Positions 13,599-26,239 of a stretch of 64,000 nt of DNA are shown piece after piece (position 1 is the stretch's first letter; the number at the start of each line of letters is the position of its first letter). This DNA comes from Nemertoderma westbladi (lineage: Eukaryota > Animalia > Xenacoelomorpha): the NCBI GenBank assembly GCA_032718475.1, contig JAUCBJ010008261.1:55372-119371 (forward strand). The letters run 5' to 3'. The position numbers were made by a program, and so were the translations under genes. The notes under the pieces were generated by a model. That model searched no databases. It had not been told where the DNA came from and saw only the letters and a list, made by a program, of their open reading frames with translations.

Positions 13599-15084
13599 CA
13601 GTCAGGTCAGGTCCCCAGATCCTGCTACCACTATGGCAGTAATGTGGTACTACCTGTAGCTGTCAGCCCAGTAGGGCAGGCCCGATAAGCGCCAGTAGCC
13701 TAGTCATTATTTAGTTTATCAAGAGTGGGTTGGTAGCCCCATCAACTAAATAAGTCATTGAGGGCTATAGTGCCTAGGGCACCATTGAAGGCAAAGGCTT
13801 GATACGCATCTGCAATAGAAATGATACACGAGCTGCTCTGTCTATACTGGATACCTAACCCAGGAGGCACACTTGTTTCAGGGTGTAACAAAAGGAACCC
13901 TACAGTCGGCAGCAGGGCTGTGGGCCATGGATAGGCAGAAGGTAATCGGAACCAATGGCTAGACATGCTGACAAGGTCAGCGGAAGGTAATCAACCAATG
14001 GCAACCTACTGCGAAGACGCTTATAGGAGTTGCGATAAACAAGCAGTTTAGTCTCACAACTGATGGGCTATGAGTATGAGAACCCTCCAGGAGAAATACC
14101 GGCTCGGTTGTCGCCAGGGTCAACAAGGACCGCGTCCCTCAGTGGTACACCAGGCTGGGGTCGACAAATTGGCTACTGGAACAGAAGACAGAGAAGAAAG
14201 AAGAACCAACCTGTTGAAATGTAAAAAGATACTAAAGATTGCTACAATGAACGCACGCACGCTGAAAGCACATAGTGAACAGGGTGACATGGTCGTTCTG
14301 GCTATGGAATACAACATCGACATCATCTGCATCGAAGAACATTGGATTTGTCATGAAGACTCTGCCATGAAGTACAATGACATTGGAGACAGTGGAGAGG
14401 GCTGCTACGGAGGTTGGATTGCATATAAATGCTACTAAGACTGAATTCATGACATTTAATGTTGATGGAAACTTGACAACCATTTATAATAATCAACTAA
14501 GTAAGGTCGACGATTTCCAGGACCTTGGATCATGGATAGAGAGTAGCAAAAAGGACATAGAAGTTAGGAAAACAAAGGCTTGGGTAGCTCTATCAAAAAT
14601 GAATACAATCTGGAAATCAGATCTCTCCAGGCACCTGAAGACTAAGTTCTTTCGAGCCACAGTGGAAAGTGTATTTTTATACGGAGGTGAGACCTGGACA
14701 CTGACCAAATCACTTGAACAACAAATTGATGGTTGCTACACAAGACTACTAAGGGCAGCCCTAAACATCAGCTGGAGACAACACATGACAAATGCCGAGC
14801 TTTATGGTACAATACCACTTGTATCAACCACCCTCCATGAACGCAGATTAAGATTCAGTGGGCACTGCTGGCGAAGTAAAAACGAGGTCATACCAGATCC
14901 ACTTTTCTGGCAACCAACTCATGGAAAGCATAGTGGTGGATTACCGGTCATAACATATATAGATCAACTTGAAAGGGATACTGAACTTGGGAGAAACGAA
15001 ATTGCGACAACTATGGAGAATCGGGAAGCCTGGAAGGATCTCATTTCCACTGTCCGAGTTCGCTCGACCTAGTAGTAGTAGTAG
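13599..15084 (+). mobile_element. Internally deleted RTE element (5'UTR + APE N-terminus fused to RT C-terminus + (TAG)n tail) nested in the Gypsy integrase
   Basis: IATMNARTL..ICIEEH joined at ~14380 to GLHINATKTE..RRLRFSGHCWR; tail tagtagtagtagtag; 15-bp TSD ttggccaacatgtca at 13584-13598 and 15085-15099. Confidence 0.9.
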
Positions 15085-16536
15085 TTGGCCAACATGTCAT
15101 TGAATCGGGCTTCCTTGATGTCTTCACGCTCGAAAGTGTCAGCGGCATTGGGAGGCAGTTTTGGAATTTCCTTCCGAAGAGTAGTTCAGCAGGAGATTTG
15201 TTTCTCGATATTTGAGGCGATGCTCTGTACATTCGAAGGTGTTTGTTTAGTTCTGCTGTGGGATTTTTCTTCTCTATTATGGCAGTGTGCCATGTTTTCT
15301 GGCAGTGCTTCATGAAGCTTTCAGCCAGTCCATTGGCTTCTGGGTCTTCAGCACTTTGAGTTCCCTTGTGTTTTATTCCTGCCCATTTAATATATATTGT
15401 TGTAGCTCATGGGAATCTGATCCATTGAAGGGTGGTCCATTATCCATTTTAAGTGTTTTGCAGAAGCCATGCCGGGATGAGACCTCGTCAAATGCCTCAA
15501 TGTCTTATCAGAACTGGTACCATTTACTACCATTACTTCTGGGTACTTTGCAAGTTCATCAACAATGACCAGAAGAAATTTTCCATCTTCTTTTGGACCC
15601 CAGTGATTTGTGGATATATAATGCCATGGTTGCATGGGTGGTGTTTATGGAATGAGTTGGTCTGATGGTGGGTCTTGGTTGCCGCCTGGCAGGCGAGGGA
15701 ATTATTTACCCTAGATTCAACACATTTGTCCATATTTGGAAACCAAACTCTTGATCGGATGTGGCGTTTCATGGTGACAATCCCTGGATGTCCTTCATGA
15801 GCTGCATCAATGATCCATTGTCTAATGTTTACCGAACCTGGAAAGAACTCTCCATCTGGGACGACAATTTTGTCTCCCCTAATAACTAGGTCTGCAACAA
15901 TGCATAGTGCATTCCAGACTCGTCGATAGCCTTTGAGACTGCTTTCTGTTGGATGTTTGCCTAAGCGTAAGGTCTGGATTAGTTCCTGGTAAGTTTTGTC
16001 AAAGTGAGAAGCAGCTTTGAGTTCTTTGGTTGTTATTGTCTCAGGTGAGTCAATGATATTGAGTTTCTTGATGTAACTCTCTTTGCCTATGTCAATGCCC
16101 AGTCGTTCTTGCTGATCCTCGCTTAGATGTTTGATGGGGGTTGGATGCATGCACAGGGCATTTCCATTCCAGGAAGATGTTTCATTTTGAAGTTGAGGTC
16201 TTGTATCTGATCATGGTGTTTGGAGATTCGCTTGGAGGTTGCATTTTTGGAGTTGTGTAGTGGTATCAGTGGTTCGTGGTCGCTCCAGCTTGTGAAAAGT
16301 CCCCCCAATAAGTAGTACCTAAATTGTTGCATTCCCCACAATTGTGCAAGGCTTTCCCGTTACATTGGTGAATAATTATGTTCAGTCTGTAAAAGTACTC
16401 GGCTTGTATGTTCTACTGGTACCCATTTGTTCTGATCTTCTTCTTGGTATAAACTGGCTTGAATGCCAACTTCAGATGCGTCTGCCACAAAATGTGTTGG
16501 CAGTTCGGATTTGTAGGGTCGCAGTGTAGTTTCTGA

Positions 16537-16774
16537 CCCCCTGGTGGTAATAACATTCGGAGTGGTTGTGTTATCTGAAATTTCGCACTGTTGTGTCCCT
16601 AAGCAAGACACTTTAGACATTAGAGCCTACACCAACCCAGCGGTATAATGGGAACCTGGCTTTGCTGGGGTAATGATAATAAAATTTAATACGGTAATTT
16701 GATAAGGTTGTAAGACCCCTAAAGGCACCTGCTATAACAAATATAAGTACAATTATTATTATTATTATTATTAT
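16537..16774 (+). mobile_element. SINE-like insertion (Deu/Nin-like core, (ATT)n tail) in Gypsy RT/RH
   Basis: ttgtgtccctaagcaagacactt...acccagcggtataatgggaacc core followed by an (att)n tail; interrupts pol. Confidence 0.65.
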
Positions 16775-18679
16775 CTGTTCGTATGAATCAGGTACAGTGG
16801 GATGGTCGAAAGCGAATTTGGCATTATACTGCCATGCCATTAAGAGAGACCAACATCTTCGACACGTCCTGCTTCAATGATTGTTTTTATTTTCTTTGGA
16901 TCAGCAGCAACACCATATGGTGTAAAAGTACGACCATACCATTCAATTTCATTCATACCGAATGTGGACTTGCTTAGTTTTAGTGTGATCCTTAGCTAAT
17001 CCTGCCAGTGCTTTTCTAACCCCATTGTGGAAGATGCCACTTGATGCTGTAGGTCCGACATATAGGTGTTCCATGCGGTGTAATCCTTCATGTGTTTGGA
17101 ATATTGCCTTTTCTTTTGACTCTTCATCCAATTCAATTTGATGAAATGCCCATCCCATGTCCATTTCTGAAAACACTTTTGCCTCCTTTAGTTCATAACG
17201 GATCTCCTGTGGTGTCTGTACATGGAATTTGGTGCATTTCATACCATTGTTCTGGGGAGTGTTGTCGATGATCATTTTGTATTCCGCCAGATTATTTGTC
17301 AGTTATTACGATGTTCATCACACAGTCATATGACTTTCTTGGATCTACATCAGTGATAATCTTTTCCTTATGGAGGAATTTGATGAGTTCACTCACTTGG
17401 CCACGATAATATATGGGTATGTGGTGATGTCGGGGTTGTGTTGGTATAAAATTTGGGTCATAATCCAGGTGAATAGGTGTGGTGCTTTTCCCTATCTTGT
17501 TATTAGTAAAGACTGAGCCCTTATGTTTTTCGACAACCAACATTATTTCTGCCAATTTTCTCGGTGGAATTGTTGTTAATTATGGCCGCTCTGTGAGAAC
17601 CATCATATGAAGACCTTCTCTGAGTTTTTGAGGGATGCAATGTTGACTAGATATTTGATCTTTCTCTGTGATGGAGCAAACTCTGTTGGTGTCGCTAATG
17701 AATTTATTGTATGTTATGAATCCGAGATCTCTTGCATAAGAGGTCGCCAAGGAGTGGTTCAGGTTGGAATCCATCAACTATGTATACATTGCTGATAATC
17801 GAGGCCCCCCTCTGTGTTGCTAAGGTGGTATTGATCATTCCCTTGACATTAAGATTAGAGTTGCTACCCCATGCTCGCGCAGGTATGTGTTAGCCAGAAC
17901 TACTCTCCCCATTGTTGGTGTGTAGTTGGATGGTGGAATTATTGTAAAATCGCTCCCAGTGTCGATGAATAGGTGTTGGACAACATCCCCAATCTTGATA
18001 TCCACCCATTTGGAATCCTCAGATTTGTTTTTGAGTCTTCCAATGAGACATATCATTCTGAGGTCATGAGTGCAGTCTGAACATACACCAGGCCAATCCG
18101 AAATCTGTATTTGTGATATTGGTATATTCATGGCTCTTTCACCATAATTTATGGAGTATCTGTGTTGTCTAGCTCATGTTCGTGTATTCTATGAACCGGT
18201 TTGGGGCAAGCAGGTGTCCTCCTGAAGTGGTTGCGCCCTCCACAAGTGAAACATTCGTTGCCATTTGCTGGGCATCTCCTAGGAGCATGGGCTCCTCCAC
18301 AGTTGCAACACCCAGTCTGTTGGTTGTCACTGAAATCTGACTGTCGATCTCCTATGTTCCTTGAACTGTAATTTCCTTGTCGTCTTAGCTTCATGACCCT
18401 AAGTGTTTCCATTATCTCGTCAATGTCGTCATCATTTATGGCTTGCGCAGTTGTTGTTTCATTTCCAACCCGGGGTATTTGTCTCCCATTGTCATCCAGG
18501 GTGTGCAGTCCCACCCTACCTGTTTCCCTGGCCTGGCCCCATTTGAGAAGAGTATCTAGATTGGGGTCTTAGGCAAGGGCCTTTTCCTTTAGACGAGTGT
18601 CAGTCATGCCGAATATTGCAGCATCTCGTACTGCATCGTTATGGTTGTATGGATGTCCATCAAAGTTGAGAATGTACGA

Positions 18680-21600
18680 ATTGAAATTAAATTTCCTTCA
18701 CCACACAAACGAGACAAATCTTGTTACTGCCTTGTCCCACGAAGGGAACTATAGAAGCAATCAATTATATATATGGTCTCAAGCATTATGACTAGGCCTA
18801 GAGTTCAATGGGGTTGACATAGAGTTCATAAGTCATGATTGGATTATAACTCATTATCGAGTTTGTATTATGCAGAATGAGTTCAGAAATGTCAAGTTGG
18901 GGCTGATCTTTACTCCCATCATTATAAAACGAGTTTGAAACAAACTTGAAAAAGTTCACAGCGAGTTCTTCAATGATAATGAGTTTGATTTCCTTTGATA
19001 AGAGTTTTCTCCAGAGTTCAATGAGGATGTCATATTGATCTTTGGCTGTTGTTCGCTCAAGGGAATCCCGTTGAATCCCCCCTGTAGCCCACTCCCCTCC
19101 TCGCTCTGAGCATAACACGACCCAAGCTCCTCCCAAGGAATAAATTCCAAGGGAAGAAAATGACCTCCTCCATGTTGTCCGACTCAAGAAGATCGGCCCA
19201 TTCTAAACCCAGCGTATCGGTTTTTCTCTGGATACTGTCGAGGAGGAAGAATTGATCTCAGTCCCAGCCACTGAGATTGGAAGGAAGTACGACCTCGGGA
19301 TGGGGAATGTAGTTCATCTCACAATCCGTAGCCATTCCATCTGTTAACCAAACCAAAGGCTGTCCGGGGATGAACTGGAGCAGCCAGGTTTGGACAGCTA
19401 TCAATCCAACCTCAGGGTAAGTTAGTAATGCATAATCACTTTATACATGAACCAGTATTGATCCACAGTGTAATGTTTCAAAAGGTAGGTGTAATAAGTT
19501 GGCAAGGATTTAATAATAAAGTATCTTACATAAGACTAAGTCTCAATCAACATGATTATCCATTAGTCTCATCCAAATTGATTACTGATATATAACGTTA
19601 TTTAACCAATAAACAAAGGTCATACATGTTTACAACATGTTAAACAAACCACCACCAACAGGGTTACATTAAAAACCACAAAGGCTATACAAGTTTATAT
19701 TGGGTGAGTATGGACATTACACCTCTGCTTTTCTTGCCCCTATGGAAATATGAGTCGTTCTAGAACATGACATAGTCTCCATAGTGGATCAGCATGCTTC
19801 GTGTGCATTGCCAGCGTCTCTGAGTAGGCAGTGATTGGTTGATGTTTTCAGGCCCCCTGTTTGTGGCTTCAACTTCCGATTGGTACACAGTTTCTGGTGA
19901 GGTCATTGATATGTTTAGATCTCCATCCAACCAGTCATTCTTTCGTTCATGGTGATGTTCCGCTCTTCTTTGTCGTATGTTGTGACCTCGTCAAATGCCT
20001 CAATGTTATTATCAGAACTGGTACCATTTACTACCATTACTTCTGGGTACTTTGCAAGTTCATCAACAATGACCAGAAGAAATTTTCCATCTTCTGTTGG
20101 ACCCCAGTGATTTGTGGATAAATAATGCCATGGTTGCATGGGTGGTGTTTATGGAATGAGTTGGTCCGATGGTGGGTCTTGGTTGCCGCCTGGCAGGCGA
20201 GGGAATTATTTACCCTAGATTCAACACATTTGTCCATATTTGGAAACCAAACTCTTGATCGGATGTGGCGTTTCATGGTGACAATCCCTGGATGTCCTTC
20301 ATGAGCTGCATCAATGATCCATTGTCTAATGTTTACCGAACCTGGAAAGAACTCTCCATCTGGGACGACAATTTTGTCTCCCCTAATAACTAGGTCTGCA
20401 ACAATGCAGAGTGCATTCCAGACTCGTCGATAGCCTTTGAGACTGCTTTCTGTTGGATGTTTGCCTAAGCGTAAGGTCTGGATTAGTTCCTGGTAAGTTT
20501 TGTCAAAGTAAGAAGCAGCTTTGAGTTCTTTGGTTGTTGTTGTCTCAGGTGAGTCAATGATATTGAGTTTCTTGATGTAACTCTCTTTGCCTATGTCAAT
20601 GCCCAGTCGTTCTTGCTGATCCTCGCTTAGATGTTTGATGGGGGTTGGATGCATGCACAGGGCATTTCCATTCCAGGAAGATGTTTCATTTTGAAGTTGA
20701 GGTCTTGTATCTGATCATGGTGTTTGGAGATTCGCTTGGAGGTTGCTTTTTTGGAGTTGTATAGTGGTATCAGTGGTTCGTGGTCGCTCCAGCTTGTGAA
20801 AAGTCCCCCCAATAAGTAGTACCTAAATTGTTGCATTCCCCACGATTGTGCAAGGCTTTCCTGTTACATTGGTGAATAATTATGTTCAGTCTGTAAAAGT
20901 ACTCGGCTTGTATGGTCTACTGGTACCCATTTGTTCTGATCTTCTTCTTGGTATAAACTGGCTTGAATGCCAACTTCAGATGCGTCTGCCACAAAATGTG
21001 TTGGCAGTTCGGATTTGTAGGGTCGCAGTGTAGTTTCTGAGCTCATGGTGGTAATAACATTCGGAGTGGTTGTGTTATCTGAAATTTCGCACTGTTGTGT
21101 CCCTAAGCAAGACACTAAGACATTAGAGCCTACACCAACCCAGCGGTATAATGGGAACCTGGCTTTGCTGGGGTAATGATAATAAAATTTAATACGGTAA
21201 TTTGATAAGGTTGTAAGACCCCTAAAGGCACCTGCTATAACAAATATAAGTACAATTATTATTATTATTATCTGTTCGTATGAATCAGGTACAGTGGGAT
21301 GGTCGAAAGCGAATTTGGCATTATACTGCCATGCCATTAAGAGAGACCAACATCTTCGACACGTCCTGCTTCAATGATTGTTTTTATTTTCTTTGGATCA
21401 GCAGCAACACCATATGGTGTAAAAGTACGACCATACCATTCAATTTCATTCATACCGAATGTGGACTTGCTTAGTTTTAGCGTGATCCTTAGCTAATCCT
21501 GCCAGTGCTTTTCTAACCCCATTGTGGAAGATGCCACTTGATGCTGTAGGTCCGACATATAGGCGTTCCATGCGGTGTAATCCTTCATGTGTTTGGAATA

Positions 21601-23520
21601 TTGCCTTTTCTTTTGACTCTTCATCCAATTCAATTTGATGAAATGCCCATCCCATGTCCATTTCTGAAAACACTTTTGCCTCCTTTAGTTCATAACGGAT
21701 CTCCTGTGGTGTCTGTACATGGAATTTGGTGCATTTCATACCATTGTTCTGGGGAGTGTTGTCGATGATCATTTTGTATTCCGCCAGATTTTTTGTCAGT
21801 TATTACGATGTTCATCACACAGTCATATGACTTTCTTGGATCTACATCAGTGATAATCTTTTCCTTACGGAGGAATTTGATGAGTTCACTAACTTGACCA
21901 CGATAATGTATGGGTATGTGGTGATGTCGGGGTTGTGTTGGTATAAAATTTTTGTCATAATCCAGGTGAATAGGTGTGGTGCTTTTCCCTATCTTGTTAT
22001 CAGTAAAGACTGAGCCCTTATGTTTTTCGACAACCAACATTATTTCTGCCAATTTTCTCGGTGGAATTGTTGTTAATTATGGCCACTCTGTGAGAACCAT
22101 CATATGAAGACCTTCTCTGAGTTTTTGAGGGATGCAATGTTGACTAAATATTTGATCTTTCTCTGTGTTGGAGCAAACTCTGTTGGTGTCTCTAATGAAT
22201 TTATTGTATGTTATGAATCCGAGATCTCTTGCATAAGAGGTCGCCAAGGAGTGGTTCAGGTTGGAATCCATCAACTATGTATACATTGCTGATAATCGAG
22301 GCCCCCCTCTGTGTTGCTAAGGTGGTATTGATCATTCCCTTGACATTAAGATTAGAGTTGCTACCCCATGCTCGCAGGTTTGTGTTAGCCAGAACTACTC
22401 TCCCCATTGTTGGTGTGTAGTTGGATGGTGGAATTATTGTAAAATCGCTCCCAGTGTCGATGAATAGGTGCTGGACAACATCCCCAATCTTGATATCCAC
22501 CCATTTGGAATCCTCAGATTTGTTTTTGAGTCTTCCAATGAGAGATATCATTCTGAGGTCATGAGTGCAGTCTGAACATACACCAGGCCAATCCGAAATC
22601 TGTATTTGTGATATTGGTATATTCATGGCTCTTTCACCATAATTTATGGAGTATCTGTGTTGTCTAGCTCATGTTCGTGTATTCTATGAACCGGTTTGGG
22701 GCAAGCAGGTGTCCTCCTGAAGTGGTTGCGCCCTCCACAAGTGAAACATTCGTTGCCATTTGCTGGGCATCTCCTAGGAGCATGGGCTCCTCCACAGTTG
22801 CAACACCCAGTCTGTTGGTTGTCACTGAAATCTGACTGTCGATCTCCTATGTTCCTTGAACTGTAATTTCCTTGTCGTCTTAGCTTCATGACCCTAAGTG
22901 TTTCCATTATCTCGTCAATGTCGTCATCATTTATGGCTTGCGCAGTTGTTGTTTCATTTCCAACCCGGGGTATTTGTGTCCCATTGTCATCCAGGGTGTG
23001 CAGTCCCACCCTACCTGTTTCCCTGGCCTGGCCCCATTTGAGAAGAGTATCTAGATTGGGGTCTTAGGCAAGGGCCTTTTCCTTTAGACGAGTGTCAGTC
23101 ATGCCGAATATTGCAGCATCTCGTACTGCATTGTTATGGTTGTATGGATGTCCCATCAAAGTTGAGAATGTACGCCTTTTTCTCCAATTCGTTTATGAAA
23201 TCCATCCAGTTGCGTTTGCCTTGTTTAGAGTTTAGTAAATTATGTATTGCCATTGTCCTATTTACCAATTGTCGAAGCCCTGCTTTTGTCTTTTCGATGA
23301 CTTGAGTATAGGTGTCCGCGGGAACAGCGATATGGTTTGGTGTGGCAGCAATTTCTTCGAATTGAACCTTAGCATGAGTCTGCATGAATTCAACTAATTC
23401 GGTTCCACCACATGATTTGATGAGTATGATTTTAGCCTTGTCGCCCATTGTGCCAATATATGTCAAAATATTTCCTTTGTTCCATAGCCCCTGTGCTATT
23501 TGAATGGCCAATCAGCACAA
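18680..23520 (-). mobile_element. Degenerate Gypsy element, copy 2 (tandem duplicate with more gag; IN deleted at ~19983)
   Basis: Near-identical to 12056-18678; gag ORFs 23134-23511 and 22644-23009; lacks 13340-15480 of copy 1. Confidence 0.9.
21041..21271 (+). mobile_element. SINE-like insertion, duplicate of 16537-16774
   Basis: Same sequence and same position within the duplicated Gypsy. Confidence 0.65.
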
Positions 23521-25183
23521 TTTTCACTTTACGGATTCCTGAGAGTTTGTTTACATATGAATATGCCGCAATGCGACAGAATCATTCACTCTAAGCCAGA
23601 AGGCCTTAGACCATCAGTGGCTAGAGTTATAGAGCTCAAAGTAAATTATCTCTCCACTCTCTGCACTGCACTGCATGCACATCCTGACATCTAAAAACTT
23701 GGACTGTTGTACCGGCAAACATCTGATTGCTGATTAACTGCCGAGACCGCATATTTGATACTGTCTTATAATGGTATTCATTGTTGTTTGGTAACATATT
23801 TAATGGATGTTTATATTTGGAGAATACATATGAATAATCGATAATCCCAAATTACTTTCTTTATTATTAAGAAGTAAGCAGAAGGGAACATTAGTAACAA
23901 TTGCTTTGCTCAAATTACAGTGGTCTGTATGATATTTATGCTATTTCATAACCCGCGAGCTAAATTGAACATTGATTTGAATTGAAAATTGAACAACAAA
24001 TTTAACTAAATGAACAAAATTGGTAACAGTCAGCAAATTAGCGTGTTTCAGTATTATTGTCAGTAAAGTGAGTGCGAGTGAATAATTCTACATTCCTAAA
24101 GAATGTAAAATCGTGATGCTCTTTAAACAACTGTTGTAATTAATGTAAGTCATAGCTCTGTCTGATATTTAAAGCGCAGCATCTGATAGGAACTGTTGAT
24201 ATTACCCTGAAATTAAACATAGTTTTTGGAGATTATATAGTAGAGATCAATCAAATAATACAAAGTAGCCTACCCAACTCTCGCCGATAGAATTCAGTCT
24301 CCCATACACGGTGGGTCATACGCCACGCTAGACTGTCTTCTACTGTGGTCATATATTGTCCGGGCTGTTAGACAACATAAGACACATAAATTAACATGTT
24401 AAACTGTTAAAGCTCTAAAAGCACGAACACCTCCTACTGCAAACTTGAGGTCGAGTCCAGCTTCCCTAATCTTACTCGTAATATACCCACCCACCCATGG
24501 CTGAGATTCTATGTACTTCATATATAATTTGAGTTACCTTGTATAAGTGGTGGTTTATTCTACTCAAATATCTACTTATCTCATCGATGTTGTTCCTCAG
24601 ATCCCCGACGATCTCCTTTTCATCTTCCTTTTGGGGCCATCATCCCCTCGGTGTGGTTAAGGATCGTGTCGTTGATGATAGTCGTTGTCTAAAGGTAGGA
24701 GGTAGACTCGCTCCACTGATGGAGTCTGAGTCTCTGGGAAGCAGACTTCAACCTCACTCCCCCCATCGCCCACTGTTAGGGACCTCCCACTGGTGCCTTG
24801 GAACAGAGCTCGCCTTCCCCCCGCAGGGTAGGGTCGCTCGACTGGTCCTCAGACACCAGTCTGTCCTTGTTTAAACACTGCATTGCGATCTCGTGGGGTA
24901 TTAATGGGGTCTCCATCTGAATCAAGTCCTCGGGATCCTCTACTCCACCGATCGCACTGGCTACTATAGTGCCATCGATCGATCCAGGAGTAGTGAGTAG
25001 CAATTTAATTTGAAACCTGCGAAGGCTCCAAAACTCGACTACACTCAGGATAGCCACATGCCTCGTTTTATCCTGCAGTACCCAATGTGTATTCCTACTC
25101 ATTGATTAGTTTAGTTTGGCCAGTGCATACGGTGTCACATAGTTACAGAATTTAAATTAAGCCTATTTATATGGTTAACTTAC

Positions 25184-25309
25184 CCAAAGTGCAGACTTCA
25201 CCATTACCATAAAAGCCACTATTGCATTCACATGTGAAACCACCATTAGTATTTGTGCAGCTGGCATCAATGTGACAATTGTGAGTATTGGTAATACATT
25301 CATCAATAT
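25184..25309 (-). CDS. Host gene exon (5th): cbEGF module (D)[41 protein letters not shown]
   Basis: 126 nt, cag/gtaagt splice sites, phase 1-1, open frame. Confidence 0.92.
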
Positions 25310-26239
25310 CTGAAACATAAAATCAATTTTCTGAAACCCAATTAAATCCGGGATATAATAACTATTTAAATCATTGTGTGAAAATTAGCACTTTTCAACA
25401 TTATGGCCCGAGTGAATTTATTGTACTGAGCGAGCGCAGCGCAGCAAGGGAGTATTACATAAATATACAATAATATGTCTTAAACGCTAAATAGTAGCCT
25501 TGTTACACAATGATGTACGTACGTAATATTGTTAAATTATCGGCGTTCTGAATGCTTAACTATGAGCTTTAATATTGCAATGTTTAGGTGAATTATTGAA
25601 AATCGTCACTTTATGCAATTAATTGCAGTTGCAACTGTACGGTAAATTAATCTACTTACACTCACAGCCTGCTACAATGTCTATCATCAATGGATATTAA
25701 ACCAGACGTTTTATAGAAGTTTAATGTTATTACGTTAATCATTACTTTTGCAGCTTTCCCTCCTATATGCCGCTGCCAAGCCGGAACAATGCAAAAAGAT
25801 AGCTGCGTTATGACGAGTTTATCACATGTTCTCACTTATTTTAGCGGTTGATATATTGTTTATCACACCGTGTGATATACAGTTAGCTATATTCAAAAAT
25901 TATTTGAAACTTGTATTACTAATTAATTGCGTTTTTTTTAATATCAAAAATTATATACTAGCTAGATTTTGCTATTTTAATATTTTGTGTAGGCCCTACA
26001 CAATGTTCGTTATTAAATATAAAAAAAAGTTCTGGAACAATTTTCTGGAACACTTTTTATATAATACCGGTAGATAAGATTGGTCTTCTATTCTAAAGAT
26101 TGGTTTTCTAGAATTTGAATTGAACTAGCTACGTTTTTGTGATTAGTTCGAAATGTTTTAAATTTTAATAACTGTTATTCTTTGTTTTGTTTACCATAAT
26201 GAAATTTAAGAATGAAACTTAAGATTTAAAAATGAAACT

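Larger units (their letters stand above)
11865..18678 (-). mobile_element. Degenerate Ty3/Gypsy (Mag-like) LTR retrotransposon, copy 1 (partial gag, PR, RT, RH, IN, 3' LTR)
   Basis: Double CCHC knuckle CCNCGGAH..C / CFTCGGRNH, protease LFIDTGSD, RT FSEMDMGWAFHQI, RNase H VADAS, integrase HEGHPG..WFPNMD; many frameshifts. Confidence 0.9.

Noticed and set aside
14040-14100. Hammerhead/HDV ribozyme in the RTE 5'UTR
   Set aside because: ctgatgg deviates from the CUGANGA core and I could not build the required helices by eye
11865-19721. Intact two-LTR Gypsy provirus
   Set aside because: The second LTR is truncated, is preceded by its own polypurine tract and joins mid-gag with no primer-binding site; it belongs to a tandem duplicate
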